A stretch of 64,000 bases of DNA from contig JAVJSD010000014.1 in the NCBI GenBank assembly GCA_040219575.1, forward strand, positions 66,120 to 130,119, given 5' to 3'. Position 1 is the stretch's first letter. Every line of letters starts with the position of its first letter. This document shows positions 9,569-19,733 of this stretch, one piece after another. Source of the stretch: Pirellulaceae bacterium. GTDB taxonomy: Bacteria > Planctomycetota > Planctomycetia > Pirellulales > Pirellulaceae. Both the position numbers and the translations under genes were made by a program. Under the pieces are notes generated by a model that ran no database searches, was not told where the DNA came from, and saw only the letters and a list, made by a program, of their open reading frames with translations.

Positions 9569-10552
9569 TTAGTTCGCGGCAGCGGCCGGTTTGCTCGGCT
9601 GAAATCGGCGTCCCAGCCGGCACATCGTCTCCGGCGTGACGAACGCCAGGCTGGCGATGAACATGATCGCGCAGTAGCTCACCAGCCCGGTGACCAGCGC
9701 CAGCGAGCCCCACATCAGCGCCGCCAGCACCAGCATGATCGGCCGCGCCGAGCGATTCCAAACCAGCAGTGGGAAGGTGAGATTCACGAGCACGACCAGG
9801 TGCGTCCAGGCGTTGAACACGAAGGGAGCACGGTGCAGGAAGGTGAGATTCACCATACGGGACTCCGTGCGGGCGATCAGCCACCACATGGCGTCGCCGA
9901 CCCACCAGGTGTCGCCGTTGAGCATCGTCAAGCCGATCAACACATAGAAGGCCGCCACGTGCACCTGCATCAGCCGGATCGCGACCGTGGCCCAACTCGA
10001 GTTGAGGCAGGCGTGCTGTGCTTCTCCCGCGGCGCTGTCGTTCGACGGCGTCGCCTTGCGCCTTCGCAACAGGCTGTCGACCGACAGATACGCGCCGGCC
10101 GGACCGATGCACAGATAAAGCAGCATCATGGTCAGCACCGGTTCGAACTGGGCCGTGATCATCGGCGCCCGGTGCACGTACGACAACACCAACAGCAGCG
10201 ACAAGATCGTGCTGGTGCGGGTGAACACGCCGGCCGTCATCGCCAGCAGCACCACGAAACCCAGCCCATGGATCAGCCACAGGTAGCCCGGCGCCTCGCT
10301 CAGATCCAACAGCGAAAAGCGCCAGGCGCCGCGATCGAAGCTCGCCAACGTCCGCAGCGACAGGATGCCGTGCGGGCCGAACCAGCGAACCAGATCCGTC
10401 GTGTGCGAGGCGTGGTACCAGAGGGCGGTCAGCCCGACCAGGATCCGCATTACGCACAGCGTCAGCGGATCGCTGGGGGTGAACCAGAATCGAGTCCAGG
10501 ATCGCCCGACCTGGTCGGGGAGTTGGGAGACTTCGGAGGTTGCGGAGGCCAT
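9569..10552 (-). CDS. HTTM-domain-like polytopic membrane protein
   Basis: The N-terminal LCVMRILVGLTALWY block and multiple TM helices resemble HTTM / DoxX-like proteins. Assigned by eye only. Confidence 0.5.
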   Translation of the reverse strand: MASATSEVSQLPDQVGRSWTRFWFTPSDPLTLCVMRILVGLTALWYHASHTTDLVRWFGPHGILSLRTLASFDRGAWRFSLLDLSEAPGYLWLIHGLGFVVLLAMTAGVFTRTSTILSLLLVLSYVHRAPMITAQFEPVLTMMLLYLCIGPAGAYLSVDSLLRRRKATPSNDSAAGEAQHACLNSSWATVAIRLMQVHVAAFYVLIGLTMLNGDTWWVGDAMWWLIARTESRMVNLTFLHRAPFVFNAWTHLVVLVNLTFPLLVWNRSARPIMLVLAALMWGSLALVTGLVSYCAIMFIASLAFVTPETMCRLGRRFQPSKPAAAAN

Positions 10553-11349
10553 CAGGGAGTTCCGGCGGGGGGAGCGGGACCGGCGGGAGCAACGGGACGA
10601 GCGACCTCGCCTTCGGGATCGACCTTCACGACCGAAATGGTTCCGTCGTCGTTCACGATCAAATTCGCCTCGTACGGCGTGCGGAAGTAGACTTGTTCGT
10701 CCCAGGGATCCATCTGCCGGGGATCACCCGAGGCGATATTCTCCGGCGCCTGCAGGGCGTGGCGGCGACTGCGAATTCGCTGCGGCGTGATTCCCTGTTG
10801 ATGCAGCAGGTTTTCGGCAACGCTCTGGGCCAGCCGCGCCGAGATGGCCTCGTCCGACGGTACGGGGCTCGTGCCGAAGGTGGCCAGCGTGGCGGCGATC
10901 TGCTGGTAGCGCCGCGAGCTATCGCTGCCGTGGACGCCGCCGGCTGGCAACACGATCCAATTCGCGCTGTCGGCGGGGTCCTTGCCCTGCGGCAGAATTT
11001 CCAGCCGATGGTCGACATCGGGTTCGTCGGCGTGCGTCAGATGGTAGGGAACCGCCAACAACTCGAGGTTGAGTGGTTCGGTATAGATCGACAGCGTGTC
11101 GGCGACCCGCACCTGGAGCGGCGAGCGGTTGAAGTTGGCCGACATCGCCACAAACACACAGAAGAAGTGGATGAAGATCAACAGCGACGCGACCGCCCGA
11201 GCGATCGGGCCCGCCATGCCGCCGGATTCCGATGCGGCTGGGGCGGCGGACGATTTCGAGAGTTTGGGTTTGGACTGCATGAAATTGCCAAGGTTCGTTC
11301 GCGAGCGGCCTGATTCAGCACTATCCAGGTCTAACGGCGTCATCGGCAT
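10552..11349 (-). CDS. hypothetical membrane-anchored protein (co-transcribed with the HTTM-like gene)
   Basis: One TM segment. Its stop overlaps the start of the downstream gene. No family recognised. Confidence 0.45.
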   Translation of the reverse strand: MPMTPLDLDSAESGRSRTNLGNFMQSKPKLSKSSAAPAASESGGMAGPIARAVASLLIFIHFFCVFVAMSANFNRSPLQVRVADTLSIYTEPLNLELLAVPYHLTHADEPDVDHRLEILPQGKDPADSANWIVLPAGGVHGSDSSRRYQQIAATLATFGTSPVPSDEAISARLAQSVAENLLHQQGITPQRIRSRRHALQAPENIASGDPRQMDPWDEQVYFRTPYEANLIVNDDGTISVVKVDPEGEVARPVAPAGPAPPAGTP

Positions 11350-11452
11350 GTTGATAAGGGGTGCTATAGCCTGGCTTGGCTGGCTTGCCTAAGCCGTTCA
11401 AACGGAACTCACAGCAAGGGAGGTCGCCGATGACATGCGCCGTCTTGCGGCG

Positions 11453-11503
11453 CAAAAAAGAAAGGCCGGGCTTCCGCAGTTGCGGAAAGCCCGACCTTTT
11501 CAT
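11453..11503. terminator. bidirectional rho-independent terminator
   Basis: Hairpin ggccgggcttccgc-agtt-gcggaaagcccgacc flanked by an A-run upstream and a T-run downstream. It serves the convergent genes ending at 11349 and 11566. Confidence 0.5.
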
Positions 11504-11565
11504 GTCTTCAGCGAGGTAAACCGTGCCAGTACAGGGCTCCGCACAGTTCACCGCGACCGTCGTTA

Positions 11566-12036
11566 TTAACGGCGGAAGCTGACGCTGCGGAAGACCATCG
11601 GAGCACGCTCCAGGGTCGAAGCGGCTTCGGGAGCGGGGGGGACTTCGGCGCCGGTGTCATCGCCACCGTCATCCGTCATCGTACCGCCACCATCGCAACC
11701 GCAGCAGCTCACGGGCTGGCAGCAAGCCGGGGGACCGGCGCAACCGCAGCACTTACGAGCACGCAAACGAGCGAACAGACCACCACCGCAGCCGCAGCAA
11801 GCGGGGGGACCGCAGCAGTCGCTGGCGCCGGCGCAACCGCAGCACTTGCGGGCACGCATGCGGGCGAACAGGCCGCCACAACCACAATCGCTGCAACCAC
11901 CGTCGCAACCGTCGCACGAGGCGCCGGAGCAACCACAGCAACGCTGACCAGCGTCAGCCTTGTTGTCGGCACCCAACAGAGCGATGCCGACGATCGCGAA
12001 AAACATCGCGATACCAAAAACAACAAATCGATTCAT
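11566..12036 (-). CDS. secreted Cys/Gly-rich repeat protein (CCGC repeats)
   Basis: The start is taken at the internal MNRFVVFGIAMFF signal peptide, with a GGAGGAG Shine-Dalgarno site 8 nt upstream. Mature part has repeated LFAR(M/L)RARKCCGCAG units. Confidence 0.6.
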   Translation of the reverse strand: MNRFVVFGIAMFFAIVGIALLGADNKADAGQRCCGCSGASCDGCDGGCSDCGCGGLFARMRARKCCGCAGASDCCGPPACCGCGGGLFARLRARKCCGCAGPPACCQPVSCCGCDGGGTMTDDGGDDTGAEVPPAPEAASTLERAPMVFRSVSFRR

Positions 12037-12798
12037 CCCAGACTCCTCCACAGAAAACTTACAGGTACCGTAAGCGAGAGTAACCTCGTGATGCCGTCTC
12101 AATACCAACTTCTCGCCCTTCGATCGCGACGGCGTGCTATCGAAGGTAAACCTGGAAGTCTCCCACACCACGGGCGACTTTTCGCAATCCTCAGTTATCG
12201 CCCTGTTTGAAAACAACTGTGGAATGCGAAAAATATACCGATGGGGCAGGATAGGCTGCTAAATTAGCATGGTCCAACTGGTTGTCAAGGACCATTGAGC
12301 AAAATACGGAAAATAGGCTGGCAGGGTTTCTTGGGGGTAATTTTCCGGCGGGTCCTAGAGTGTAGACTACACATCAAGGCGCAGCAATCACTCAAGGCGG
12401 CGTGAGCCAAGAATTATGGGGCCTCCTTGTCCCGACATGGCCCATCTGGCGTCGTTACTCTCGAGCAAACCGGCACGCTTCCCGTGCAGGGGACGGCCTT
12501 TTCGCGAGTTTGAACCGCAATTCACTCGACCGTGCGACCCGCATGACGTCGCGTCCTGGCGATCTGCTCGGGGTTGCGTTGTGACGGTCGTCCGCCAGGA
12601 AACGACGCTCCGCAGATGCCGGCGACCAGCGCACACGACAACCGGCGGGCGTTCCACACCAATTTGCGAGCCCTGGCGGCGAGAAGCGATTACGATAGGG
12701 AGACATCCGCAGGCCGGACGTCGTCCGCCTGAGGTGCATGCACCACAACGGGCCGCCTGCTACACTTAACCGCTTCACCTGCCCGAGCGGAACCGAAC

Positions 12799-14448
12799 AT
12801 GATTGTTTCCAAGTGCCCCTACTGCCGTGAGGCAGTGACGATTCCCGATGCTCCCCGGCAATCGCGCGCGCGATGCCCGCTCTGCATGGAGCAATACACG
12901 CTCGCCGAAGCCCTGGAGCGTTGCCCCCCGGTGTTGGAGTTGATCGACGCCCCGTCTGATTCGGACGACGGTTTTGTCGGAGGTTATCCGCTAGCGGCGG
13001 CCGGCGCGGGATTCGACTCCGCCTACGACGCGGACGACGCGCCGCCAAGTTTCGATTTCGCCGAAGACCCCGCGCCGGGCGGCGTGGCGACGGCTACCGC
13101 GGCGAAATCGACGGGGAAGCCTTCCTCGGCATCCTCCACGGCGTCTGCCGCAACAAGCGTCCCGCGTCGTCCGAGGAAGAAAGCCAAGAATCCGGCGATC
13201 GAGATCGCCAAGGTGGTGGTCGGCGGCGTGTTGGGATTGTCCATCGCACAGTTGCTGCTGTGGTGGTTGCCGTTCAACCTCAACACCGGCCAGCGCGATC
13301 CTACCTCGCTCGGCAGGAACATTGGTCCCTATGTACCGTGGATCGTTCCCGCACAAGTACGCGGCGTCGAACCCGCTGAGGCCAATGCGGGCCAAGGATC
13401 CGGCGAAGACAAGGACGCCAAAGCGCTCCAGGACGACAGTGTCTGGGGACAGGCGGCGCGGGATCAACGTCAGCGCGAGCAGAACGGTGGTCGGCCGCCC
13501 CGACAAAACAACAACCAGGGTCGCCAAGGCGCCGGCAATGGGAACAAGGGAGGCGGCCAGCCAAACCGCAACAAGCCGCCCGCCGGCAATCCATCGGCCA
13601 ACAACACATCCAATACCGGGCTGGGCGGCATCGAACTGCCGGGCGTCGCCGTTCTGCCGGGCGATCCGCTGGGCGGCGGCGAGAGTCCGTTCGGCAAGGA
13701 AGAGAATCTGCTCGACCCCGAAATCCTCGTCGATCCCGAAGCCGTCGACCCCGAAGCGGTCGATCCCAAAGCAGGCGCCACAACGCCCAAACCGCCCAAA
13801 GGCGGCGGCAAACCGACTCGGCGAACGAGCGGTTGGAAATCGCCCGGCAAACGCACGGCCGACGACGTTGCCGCGGCCATCGAAGCGGCCCGCAGCGCTA
13901 ATGAAGCCTACGACTCGGCGCCCAGCGACGCTCCCGCCGCCCAGCGAATCGGCTTGGCCAACGCGCTCTACGCATCCTTGGCCGAGTTGGGGCTGGTGCT
14001 GGGCCACATCGATCCGCAAGAGTTGCCGACCGTTCAGCCGCACGTGGGCCAGCTGAATGAGTTTCTGACTTCCTTGGGCGACAACAAGTTCAACGGCCTA
14101 AGCTACCTGGCCTCGAAGTGGCTCGCCGACAGCGACCGCGCCAACAACGGCGTGGCCCTGGTGGGCACGATCGAATCGATCGAACCGATCGAAGGCGACT
14201 ACTACCGCACGCGTCTCAAGACGGGCGACAACACCACACAGATCGTCGGCTGGGTGAGCCCGCAGACGGAGTTTCGCCCCGGCGCGCGGGTGCTGGTGTT
14301 GGGCGTGATTGTGGATTCCCCCGTCGAAAAACTGATCGCGTTCAACGGCAGCCCCACCCAGGTCGTTTGCGGTAGTTTCTCGCAGGTCCTCAAGGCGGCG
14401 CCGAAGGACGACACGCCCGAGGGCGAGTCGGATCCCGAAGCGAACTGA
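12799..14448 (+). CDS. hypothetical protein with N-terminal zinc ribbon, low-complexity linker, TM helix and C-terminal domain
   Basis: CPYC...CPLC zinc-ribbon pair, a G/P/N-rich region, and one hydrophobic helix. No family recognised. Confidence 0.55.
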   Translation: MIVSKCPYCREAVTIPDAPRQSRARCPLCMEQYTLAEALERCPPVLELIDAPSDSDDGFVGGYPLAAAGAGFDSAYDADDAPPSFDFAEDPAPGGVATATAAKSTGKPSSASSTASAATSVPRRPRKKAKNPAIEIAKVVVGGVLGLSIAQLLLWWLPFNLNTGQRDPTSLGRNIGPYVPWIVPAQVRGVEPAEANAGQGSGEDKDAKALQDDSVWGQAARDQRQREQNGGRPPRQNNNQGRQGAGNGNKGGGQPNRNKPPAGNPSANNTSNTGLGGIELPGVAVLPGDPLGGGESPFGKEENLLDPEILVDPEAVDPEAVDPKAGATTPKPPKGGGKPTRRTSGWKSPGKRTADDVAAAIEAARSANEAYDSAPSDAPAAQRIGLANALYASLAELGLVLGHIDPQELPTVQPHVGQLNEFLTSLGDNKFNGLSYLASKWLADSDRANNGVALVGTIESIEPIEGDYYRTRLKTGDNTTQIVGWVSPQTEFRPGARVLVLGVIVDSPVEKLIAFNGSPTQVVCGSFSQVLKAAPKDDTPEGESDPEAN

Positions 14449-14461
14449 TCGCACCATCGAT

Positions 14462-14887
14462 TCAGGGTTTCCGCCCCAGTGCGTCGTCCTCGTCGATCCG
14501 CCAGATCCGCGGCGAGGCGACTTCCAGACTGTTGCCGGCCGGATCGCGGAAGTACACCGAGTGCCCGCCGCTGGACCACTCGTAGACCATTTCGATCTCG
14601 ACGCCGCAACGGTCGAGATGCTGCTTCCAAGCCTCGATCTCCGCGTCGCGCACCGCGAAGCACACGTGCCCTGCTCCCTCGGCCCCATGCACCGGGAAAT
14701 CAGAATCGGAGTGTCGGCTCTCCTGCGGATTGAACAGCAGCAGCATCCGCGCTCCGCAGTGGAAAAACACGTGCCGCCCCTGCTGTCGGCTGTGCACTTC
14801 CAAGCCCAGCACCCGGCGGTAGAAGGCCTCGGCCTCCGCCAGGTCGTCGACATACAGACACGTTTCCAGAATCTCGTTCGCTTTCAT
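14462..14887 (-). CDS. VOC-family (glyoxalase/bleomycin-resistance/dioxygenase) protein
   Basis: Size and sequence typical of paired beta-alpha-beta-beta-beta VOC modules (CLYVDDLAEAEAFY, GHVCFAV). Confidence 0.75.
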   Translation of the reverse strand: MKANEILETCLYVDDLAEAEAFYRRVLGLEVHSRQQGRHVFFHCGARMLLLFNPQESRHSDSDFPVHGAEGAGHVCFAVRDAEIEAWKQHLDRCGVEIEMVYEWSSGGHSVYFRDPAGNSLEVASPRIWRIDEDDALGRKP

Positions 14888-14895
14888 CCGCCGCC

Positions 14896-14955
14896 GCCAA
14901 GTCTTCCGATGTATCGTTCGACCAAACTCGGAAGTCTGGCGACTTCCGCTACGAG
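14896..14955 (-). repeat. REP-like element, copy C (reverse orientation)
   Basis: Its reverse complement reads cgtagcggaagtcgccagacttccgagtttggtcgaacgatacatcggaagacttgg. Confidence 0.75.
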
Positions 14956-14993
14956 TGAATTCAGTTGAGGATCGTGGTTCACCGACGCGGACT

Positions 14994-16427
14994 CTACTCG
15001 GCGTCCGACAGGGCGTCTTTCTCCGCCGTGGCGGCCGCTTCTTCGACGGGCGTGGTGAGCGCTTCGACGATTAGCATGTCTTGGCTCGGCAACACGCTGC
15101 GAAGGTCCAACAGCAGACGGTCTCCCGCCGCGCGGCCGAAGATGGCGGGCGTCGCCAGGCGAAGCCGCGCCGCCAGCGACGCCGCGTCGCCCTGCGCGGG
15201 CTTCAGCGCGACGCACCACGTGCCGATCCGCGGCCAAGGCGCGTCGGCCGCGCACAGGCCGACGTCGCCCGAGACCGCCTCGGCGCTGGCGATCGATTCG
15301 GCGGCGGCAAGTTGCGGGGCAAGATGCGTGGCGCGATGCTCGAGGTTCTCCGCCGGCGTGGCCAGCAGACTCAGCAGCGGGATGCAGAATTCGGCGCGGT
15401 CCTCGTCGCGATGCAGTTGCAGCGTCGCCCCCAGCGCCGCCAGCGTGATCTTGCCGACCTGCAGGGCGCCGTAGAGCGGGTGGGTCTTGATCTTGTCGAT
15501 GAGCGTCTTTTTTCCAAGCAGGATGCCGCAAGGCGGTCCGCCGAGCAGTTTGTCGCCGCTGAGCAGCACCAGATCGACGCCCGCCCGCAAGCTTTCCCGC
15601 GCATACGGAACACCGCCCAAACCGAAATCGCCGGCGTCGAGCAGTCCCCCCGGCCCCAGGTCCTCCATCAGCGTGACGTTCCGCTTGTGCGCCAGCGCCG
15701 CCAGTTCGGCCAGTGAGGGTGATTCCGATCGGCCGGCGATCGCGTAGTTGGTGGGATGCGTGCGGAGGATCGCCGCGGCGTCGGTGCTGAGGGCCTGGTC
15801 GTAATCTTCGCTTCGGGCGACGTTGGCGGCGCCCACCTCGCGCAGTCGAGCCCCGGCGGCGGCGATCACGGTGTCGAGCCGACAGCCGCACGGCGCCTCG
15901 CCCATTTCGCCGCGGGCGACGAGCACTTCCCGACGAGGAGCGACGCTCGCCAAGGCGATCAGCAGCGCGGCGGATCCTTGATTCACCACGGCCGCGGCCT
16001 CCGCCCCGCTCAACTCGCGCAGCAGTTTCTCCACCGCCCGGGCCGGCGCGGCGGCGTCACCGGTCTCGACGTCCACCGCCACGCTGGCGTAGGCCGCGGT
16101 GATGTGATGCATCGCCTCCACCGCCTCCTTGGCCAGTGGGGCCGATCCGAACTGCGGGTGCAGCAGCACGCCGGTGGCGTTGATCACGGGCCGCACGGCG
16201 GCGCCCCGTTCGCGCAGCAGCCACTCGGCGATCCGCTCGGCCAATTCCCCCGCCGTCGGCACATGCACCGACGAGGCGGCGCTTTGCACCTCGCTGCGCA
16301 TATTGTCGAGGAACGACCGCACCCCGGAAACAACGAAACTGCGATTGGCCCGATCGACCATCTGCCGCAACGGCGGGCTCTCGAGCAGTTCGTTGACCGA
16401 CGGCAGACTCTTAAGCGGGTTTTGCAT
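14994..16427 (-). CDS. selA: L-seryl-tRNA(Sec) selenium transferase
   Basis: SelA N-terminal LPSVNELL block and PLP-lysine region SGDKLLGGP. Confidence 0.85.
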   Translation of the reverse strand: MQNPLKSLPSVNELLESPPLRQMVDRANRSFVVSGVRSFLDNMRSEVQSAASSVHVPTAGELAERIAEWLLRERGAAVRPVINATGVLLHPQFGSAPLAKEAVEAMHHITAAYASVAVDVETGDAAAPARAVEKLLRELSGAEAAAVVNQGSAALLIALASVAPRREVLVARGEMGEAPCGCRLDTVIAAAGARLREVGAANVARSEDYDQALSTDAAAILRTHPTNYAIAGRSESPSLAELAALAHKRNVTLMEDLGPGGLLDAGDFGLGGVPYARESLRAGVDLVLLSGDKLLGGPPCGILLGKKTLIDKIKTHPLYGALQVGKITLAALGATLQLHRDEDRAEFCIPLLSLLATPAENLEHRATHLAPQLAAAESIASAEAVSGDVGLCAADAPWPRIGTWCVALKPAQGDAASLAARLRLATPAIFGRAAGDRLLLDLRSVLPSQDMLIVEALTTPVEEAAATAEKDALSDAE

Positions 16428-16534
16428 GGCGGTGCGTTCGATCGGTCGTGAAGGGAACGGGGGAGCGTGGGCCGAACATCAATCGACGACTACCATTCTG
16501 GGCGCAAGCGGCGACGATTGGCCAGCGGGGTAAC

Positions 16535-16612
16535 TCGTAGCGGATGTCGCCAGGCGTCGCCAGACTTTCGCCTTTTTTCCCTGATGCATCGGGACTCTGG
16601 CGAGTTCCGCTA
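16535..16612 (+). repeat. REP-like element, copy D (partly degenerate first hairpin)
   Basis: Sequence ctcgtagcggatgtcgccagg...gggactctggcgagttccgctacc. Confidence 0.7.
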
Positions 16613-18151
16613 CCTTGATCGCCCTCGCGTGCGGCCCTGATTGCGAACCGCCTCGAGCCGCTCGGCCAATTTCCGCGTCACATCGGGATGCTTCTTGGCG
16701 ATGTTGTTCGTCTCGCCGAGGTCGTCCTTCAGATTGTAAAGCTGCGGCGACGCGTCGAGGCCCAGTTCGGTGTTTGTGTTGCGATTGATCTTCGGCCCCT
16801 GGCTCGGTTCGATGTACTTCCAATCGCCCTGCCGCAGCGAAAGGGCCCGGGCATGTTCGACCAGGTGGTCGCGTCCGGATGGCGACTCGCCGAGCAGCGC
16901 GTCGAGGACGTCGAAACTGTCCGGCCCGGCCGCGGCGTCAAGCTTCTGCCCGGTCAGATTCGCCAGCGAGGCCAGAAAGTCGATCTGACAAACCAGCGCC
17001 GCGGACTCGCCCTGTTCGACGTGCGCTGGCCAGCGGACGACCAGCGGCACCCGCGTACCGGCCTCGAAGGCGCTGTACTTGCCGCCGCGAAATGGACCGG
17101 CCGGCCGATGGTCGCCCAGTTTCTCCACGGCGTCGTCGCGGTAGCCGTCGTCGACAACGGGGCCGTTGTCGCTGGTGAAAATCACGATTGTGTTGTCGGT
17201 CAGCTTCAGGCGGTCGAGCGCGGCCAGCAACTCGCCCGTGCACCAATCGAGCTGCGCGATGGCGTCGCCCCGCGGCCCCATGCCGGTCTGGCCGACGAAC
17301 CGTTTGTGCGGCACGCGCGGCACGTGGATGTCGTGTGTCGAGAAGAAGAGAAAGAACGGCTCCTTCTGGTGCTCTTCGAGGAAGGCCACCGCTTTCTTGG
17401 TGATCACGTCGGCCATGTCCTCATCGACCCAGCGGGCGCTCTTGCCGCCGGTCATGTAGCCGATGCGGCTGATGCCGTTGACGATCGTCATGTCGTGCCC
17501 GTGGCTGGGATGCATCTTGAGCAACTCGGGATTGTCGCGGGCCGTCGGCTCGTCGCCCAGCGGCCTGCCGAATTGCACGGCGATGGGGTCCGACTTGTCG
17601 AGCCCCACCACGTGATGGTTCTCGACGTACACGCAAGGCACGCGGTCGCCCGTGGCGGGCACGAGGAAGCAGTAGTCGAAGCCGACTTCGAGCGGCCCCG
17701 GCTTGATCGGGCCGTTCCAGTCGAGGTCTCCCTCGCCAAGCCCCAGGTGCCATTTACCGACGACGCCGGTGGTGTAGCCGGAGTCCTTGAGCATCGACGG
17801 CAGCGTGGTCCGCCCCGGTTCGATAATCAGCGACGCGTTGCCGGGCAGCACGCCGGTTCCCTTCTTGCGCCAGGCGTACTCGCCGGTCAGCATGGCGTAC
17901 CGCGACGGCGTGCAGGTGGCCGAGGGAGCGTGGGCGTCGGTGAAGCGGAGTCCTTCACGCGCCAGCCGATCGATGTGCGGCGTCTTCACCGCCGTCGCGC
18001 CGTAGCAGCCGACATCGCCATAGCCGATGTCGTCGGCGTAGATCAACACGATATTGGGCCGCTGCGGCTCAGCGGCCGCAGCGCCAATGACAAGCGGCGC
18101 CGCGAACAGCACCGCAAGCAAGCTTCGTAAGGTGGAGTTGGAGTATGGCAT
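16610..18151 (-). CDS. formylglycine-dependent sulfatase with signal peptide
   Basis: C-T-P-S-R signature (CTPSRYAMLTGEY), DDIGYGD block, and signal peptide MPYSNSTLRSLLAVLFAAPLVIGAAAA. The start is taken at the internal ATG at 18151. Confidence 0.85.
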   Translation of the reverse strand: MPYSNSTLRSLLAVLFAAPLVIGAAAAEPQRPNIVLIYADDIGYGDVGCYGATAVKTPHIDRLAREGLRFTDAHAPSATCTPSRYAMLTGEYAWRKKGTGVLPGNASLIIEPGRTTLPSMLKDSGYTTGVVGKWHLGLGEGDLDWNGPIKPGPLEVGFDYCFLVPATGDRVPCVYVENHHVVGLDKSDPIAVQFGRPLGDEPTARDNPELLKMHPSHGHDMTIVNGISRIGYMTGGKSARWVDEDMADVITKKAVAFLEEHQKEPFFLFFSTHDIHVPRVPHKRFVGQTGMGPRGDAIAQLDWCTGELLAALDRLKLTDNTIVIFTSDNGPVVDDGYRDDAVEKLGDHRPAGPFRGGKYSAFEAGTRVPLVVRWPAHVEQGESAALVCQIDFLASLANLTGQKLDAAAGPDSFDVLDALLGESPSGRDHLVEHARALSLRQGDWKYIEPSQGPKINRNTNTELGLDASPQLYNLKDDLGETNNIAKKHPDVTRKLAERLEAVRNQGRTRGRSR

Positions 18152-18571
18152 CGGGAGGCTCGATCGTTTGGGAGAGGAACAGACGAGACGCTGCGAGACC
18201 ATTCACTTTAACCTCATCCGTGGACGTTTTCAGCCGGGAGTGAAGCCGGAAGGGTCGTTTATTGAGCGATGTATTTCGAATGCCGATTCAACATCGTTTA
18301 ACGGCAGGCCGAAGACGTCGGCGTACTCGGGACGTTCCGCAGCGATCTCTCGTCGTGTCGTGCTTAACGCGACTGCGCGTCAACTCCCGAATCGTTCGCT
18401 TCAACGTCGCCTCAAGGCGAAACGCCGCCGACCGCCTGCGCACAAAGCACCTTCAGCCGGAAACCCGGATCGAACGTTCCGCCGTCGCCTTCGGCTTGCC
18501 GTTAAACGATGTTTTCCGATTCTGATCGGCATTGTCTATGCATCTCTGCGGCGACATGCCGTCGATGTCGC

Positions 18572-18904
18572 TCAGTACAGCAGCGCCACCACCAAGAGCG
18601 TCGTCCACAGCAGCACCCAACCGAGATTGAGCACGAGGCCGAGCACCGCAAGGGCCTGCGTCTCGCGAGATGCTTCACGGCGAGCCCGCACCAAGGCGTA
18701 TCCCCCCAGCGCCAGTCCCGCGACGATCAACAACAGCAGCAACAACTCGACGATCAGGTGCAGCCATCCGCCCAGCGAAGTCTGATAGCCTTCGCCTAGT
18801 CCGCCCAGCGCCAGGCACATCATCCAGAACGCCGCGATCGGCGCCACGATCGAGAACCGGGCGGCGTAACGCGACAGCGGATGACGGGGCAGCGGATCAG
18901 ACAT
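18572..18904 (-). CDS. hypothetical small membrane protein
   Basis: Three hydrophobic helices. The start is taken at MSDPL; the longer track ORF reads through REP copy E. Confidence 0.4.
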   Translation of the reverse strand: MSDPLPRHPLSRYAARFSIVAPIAAFWMMCLALGGLGEGYQTSLGGWLHLIVELLLLLLIVAGLALGGYALVRARREASRETQALAVLGLVLNLGWVLLWTTLLVVALLY

Positions 18905-18920
18905 CGGTGAAGTTGGCCAG

Positions 18921-18975
18921 TGCGTAGCGGAAGTCGTGAGACTTCCGACGACATTACGAAAACCGGAACACTCAA
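18921..18975 (+). repeat. REP-like element, copy E
   Basis: Sequence gtgcgtagcggaagtcgtgagacttccgacgacattacgaaaaccggaacactc. The second hairpin is degenerate. Confidence 0.75.
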
Positions 18976-19252
18976 AGGATGTGCGACAATTCAATCGACC
19001 GAAGCAAGCTTTCCGAGGAGCCTAGGAGAGCCTGATCGATTTCGATTATAGACCGAAGGAAAAGGCATTTCGGGAGCAGCGTTTGTCGAATCGCCGAATG
19101 ATGTTGAATGCGCGCCGAAGCTGGGGCCATAATGGGTGCGAACTCGTTTGTCATCCCCCAATCCCCGACAGCAAACGTTGTTCACGGATGTCGCGCCGCT
19201 TTGCGGATCGCGTTTCACTTCACTCCGACGGATCTCAAGGACTCCTCTCCAT

Positions 19253-19733
19253 GTGTCGATCGATCAATCTCACCGCGGTGATGGTCGCCGTCACCATGTT
19301 GGCGTCGCTCAATGAACTGCATGGCGACGATGCGGAATTGGATGACTCGCTGGCGCTGACCGGTAAGGTCGTGGGAGTAACCCTGTCAAGCAAACCCGTC
19401 TTTTATTTGCTCGAGAATGCCAGGATCATCGAACTTGGGGGCAAAACGATGTTGGCGGGCCGATTCGCTCCGGTAACCGATTCGCCTGCACCTGTCTGGA
19501 CCGAAGGCCTGCCATTTGCGGTCTCCATGGATGTCGTGGAAACCCTGATGGTGTTTGAGTCTGTCGAGGATTACCGGAAACGGACTAGGTCAGCAGTTCA
19601 ATCCAATTACGTTCCTGCGCAACGCGACTATCAGTTGGAACGCAGTAACTCTGCTCCAAAACTGAACAAAGACGAATTCCAGCCTTCCAAAACTCCCACC
19701 AATACGCCGAAAACTCGGAGCCCTTCCCCATGA
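19253..19733 (+). CDS. hypothetical secreted protein
   Basis: Signal-peptide-like start MCRSINLTAVMVAVTMLASL. No family recognised. Confidence 0.4.

Noticed and set aside
9165-10690. 475-aa minus-strand and 374-aa plus-strand ORFs over the HTTM-like gene
   Set aside because: Arg/Pro/Gly-rich junk translations. The retained frame has coherent transmembrane helices.
12991-14043. 350-aa minus-strand ORF
   Set aside because: Antisense to the zinc-ribbon/TM protein gene. Extremely Arg/Gly-rich.
14884-15891. 335-aa minus-strand ORF
   Set aside because: Out-of-frame overlap of selA. Arg-rich.
14994-16427. selA without neighbouring selB/selD
   Set aside because: Sel genes are frequently dispersed. 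Nothing abnormal visible in the window.
16688-18130. 480-aa plus-strand ORF
   Set aside because: Antisense to the second sulfatase. No motifs.
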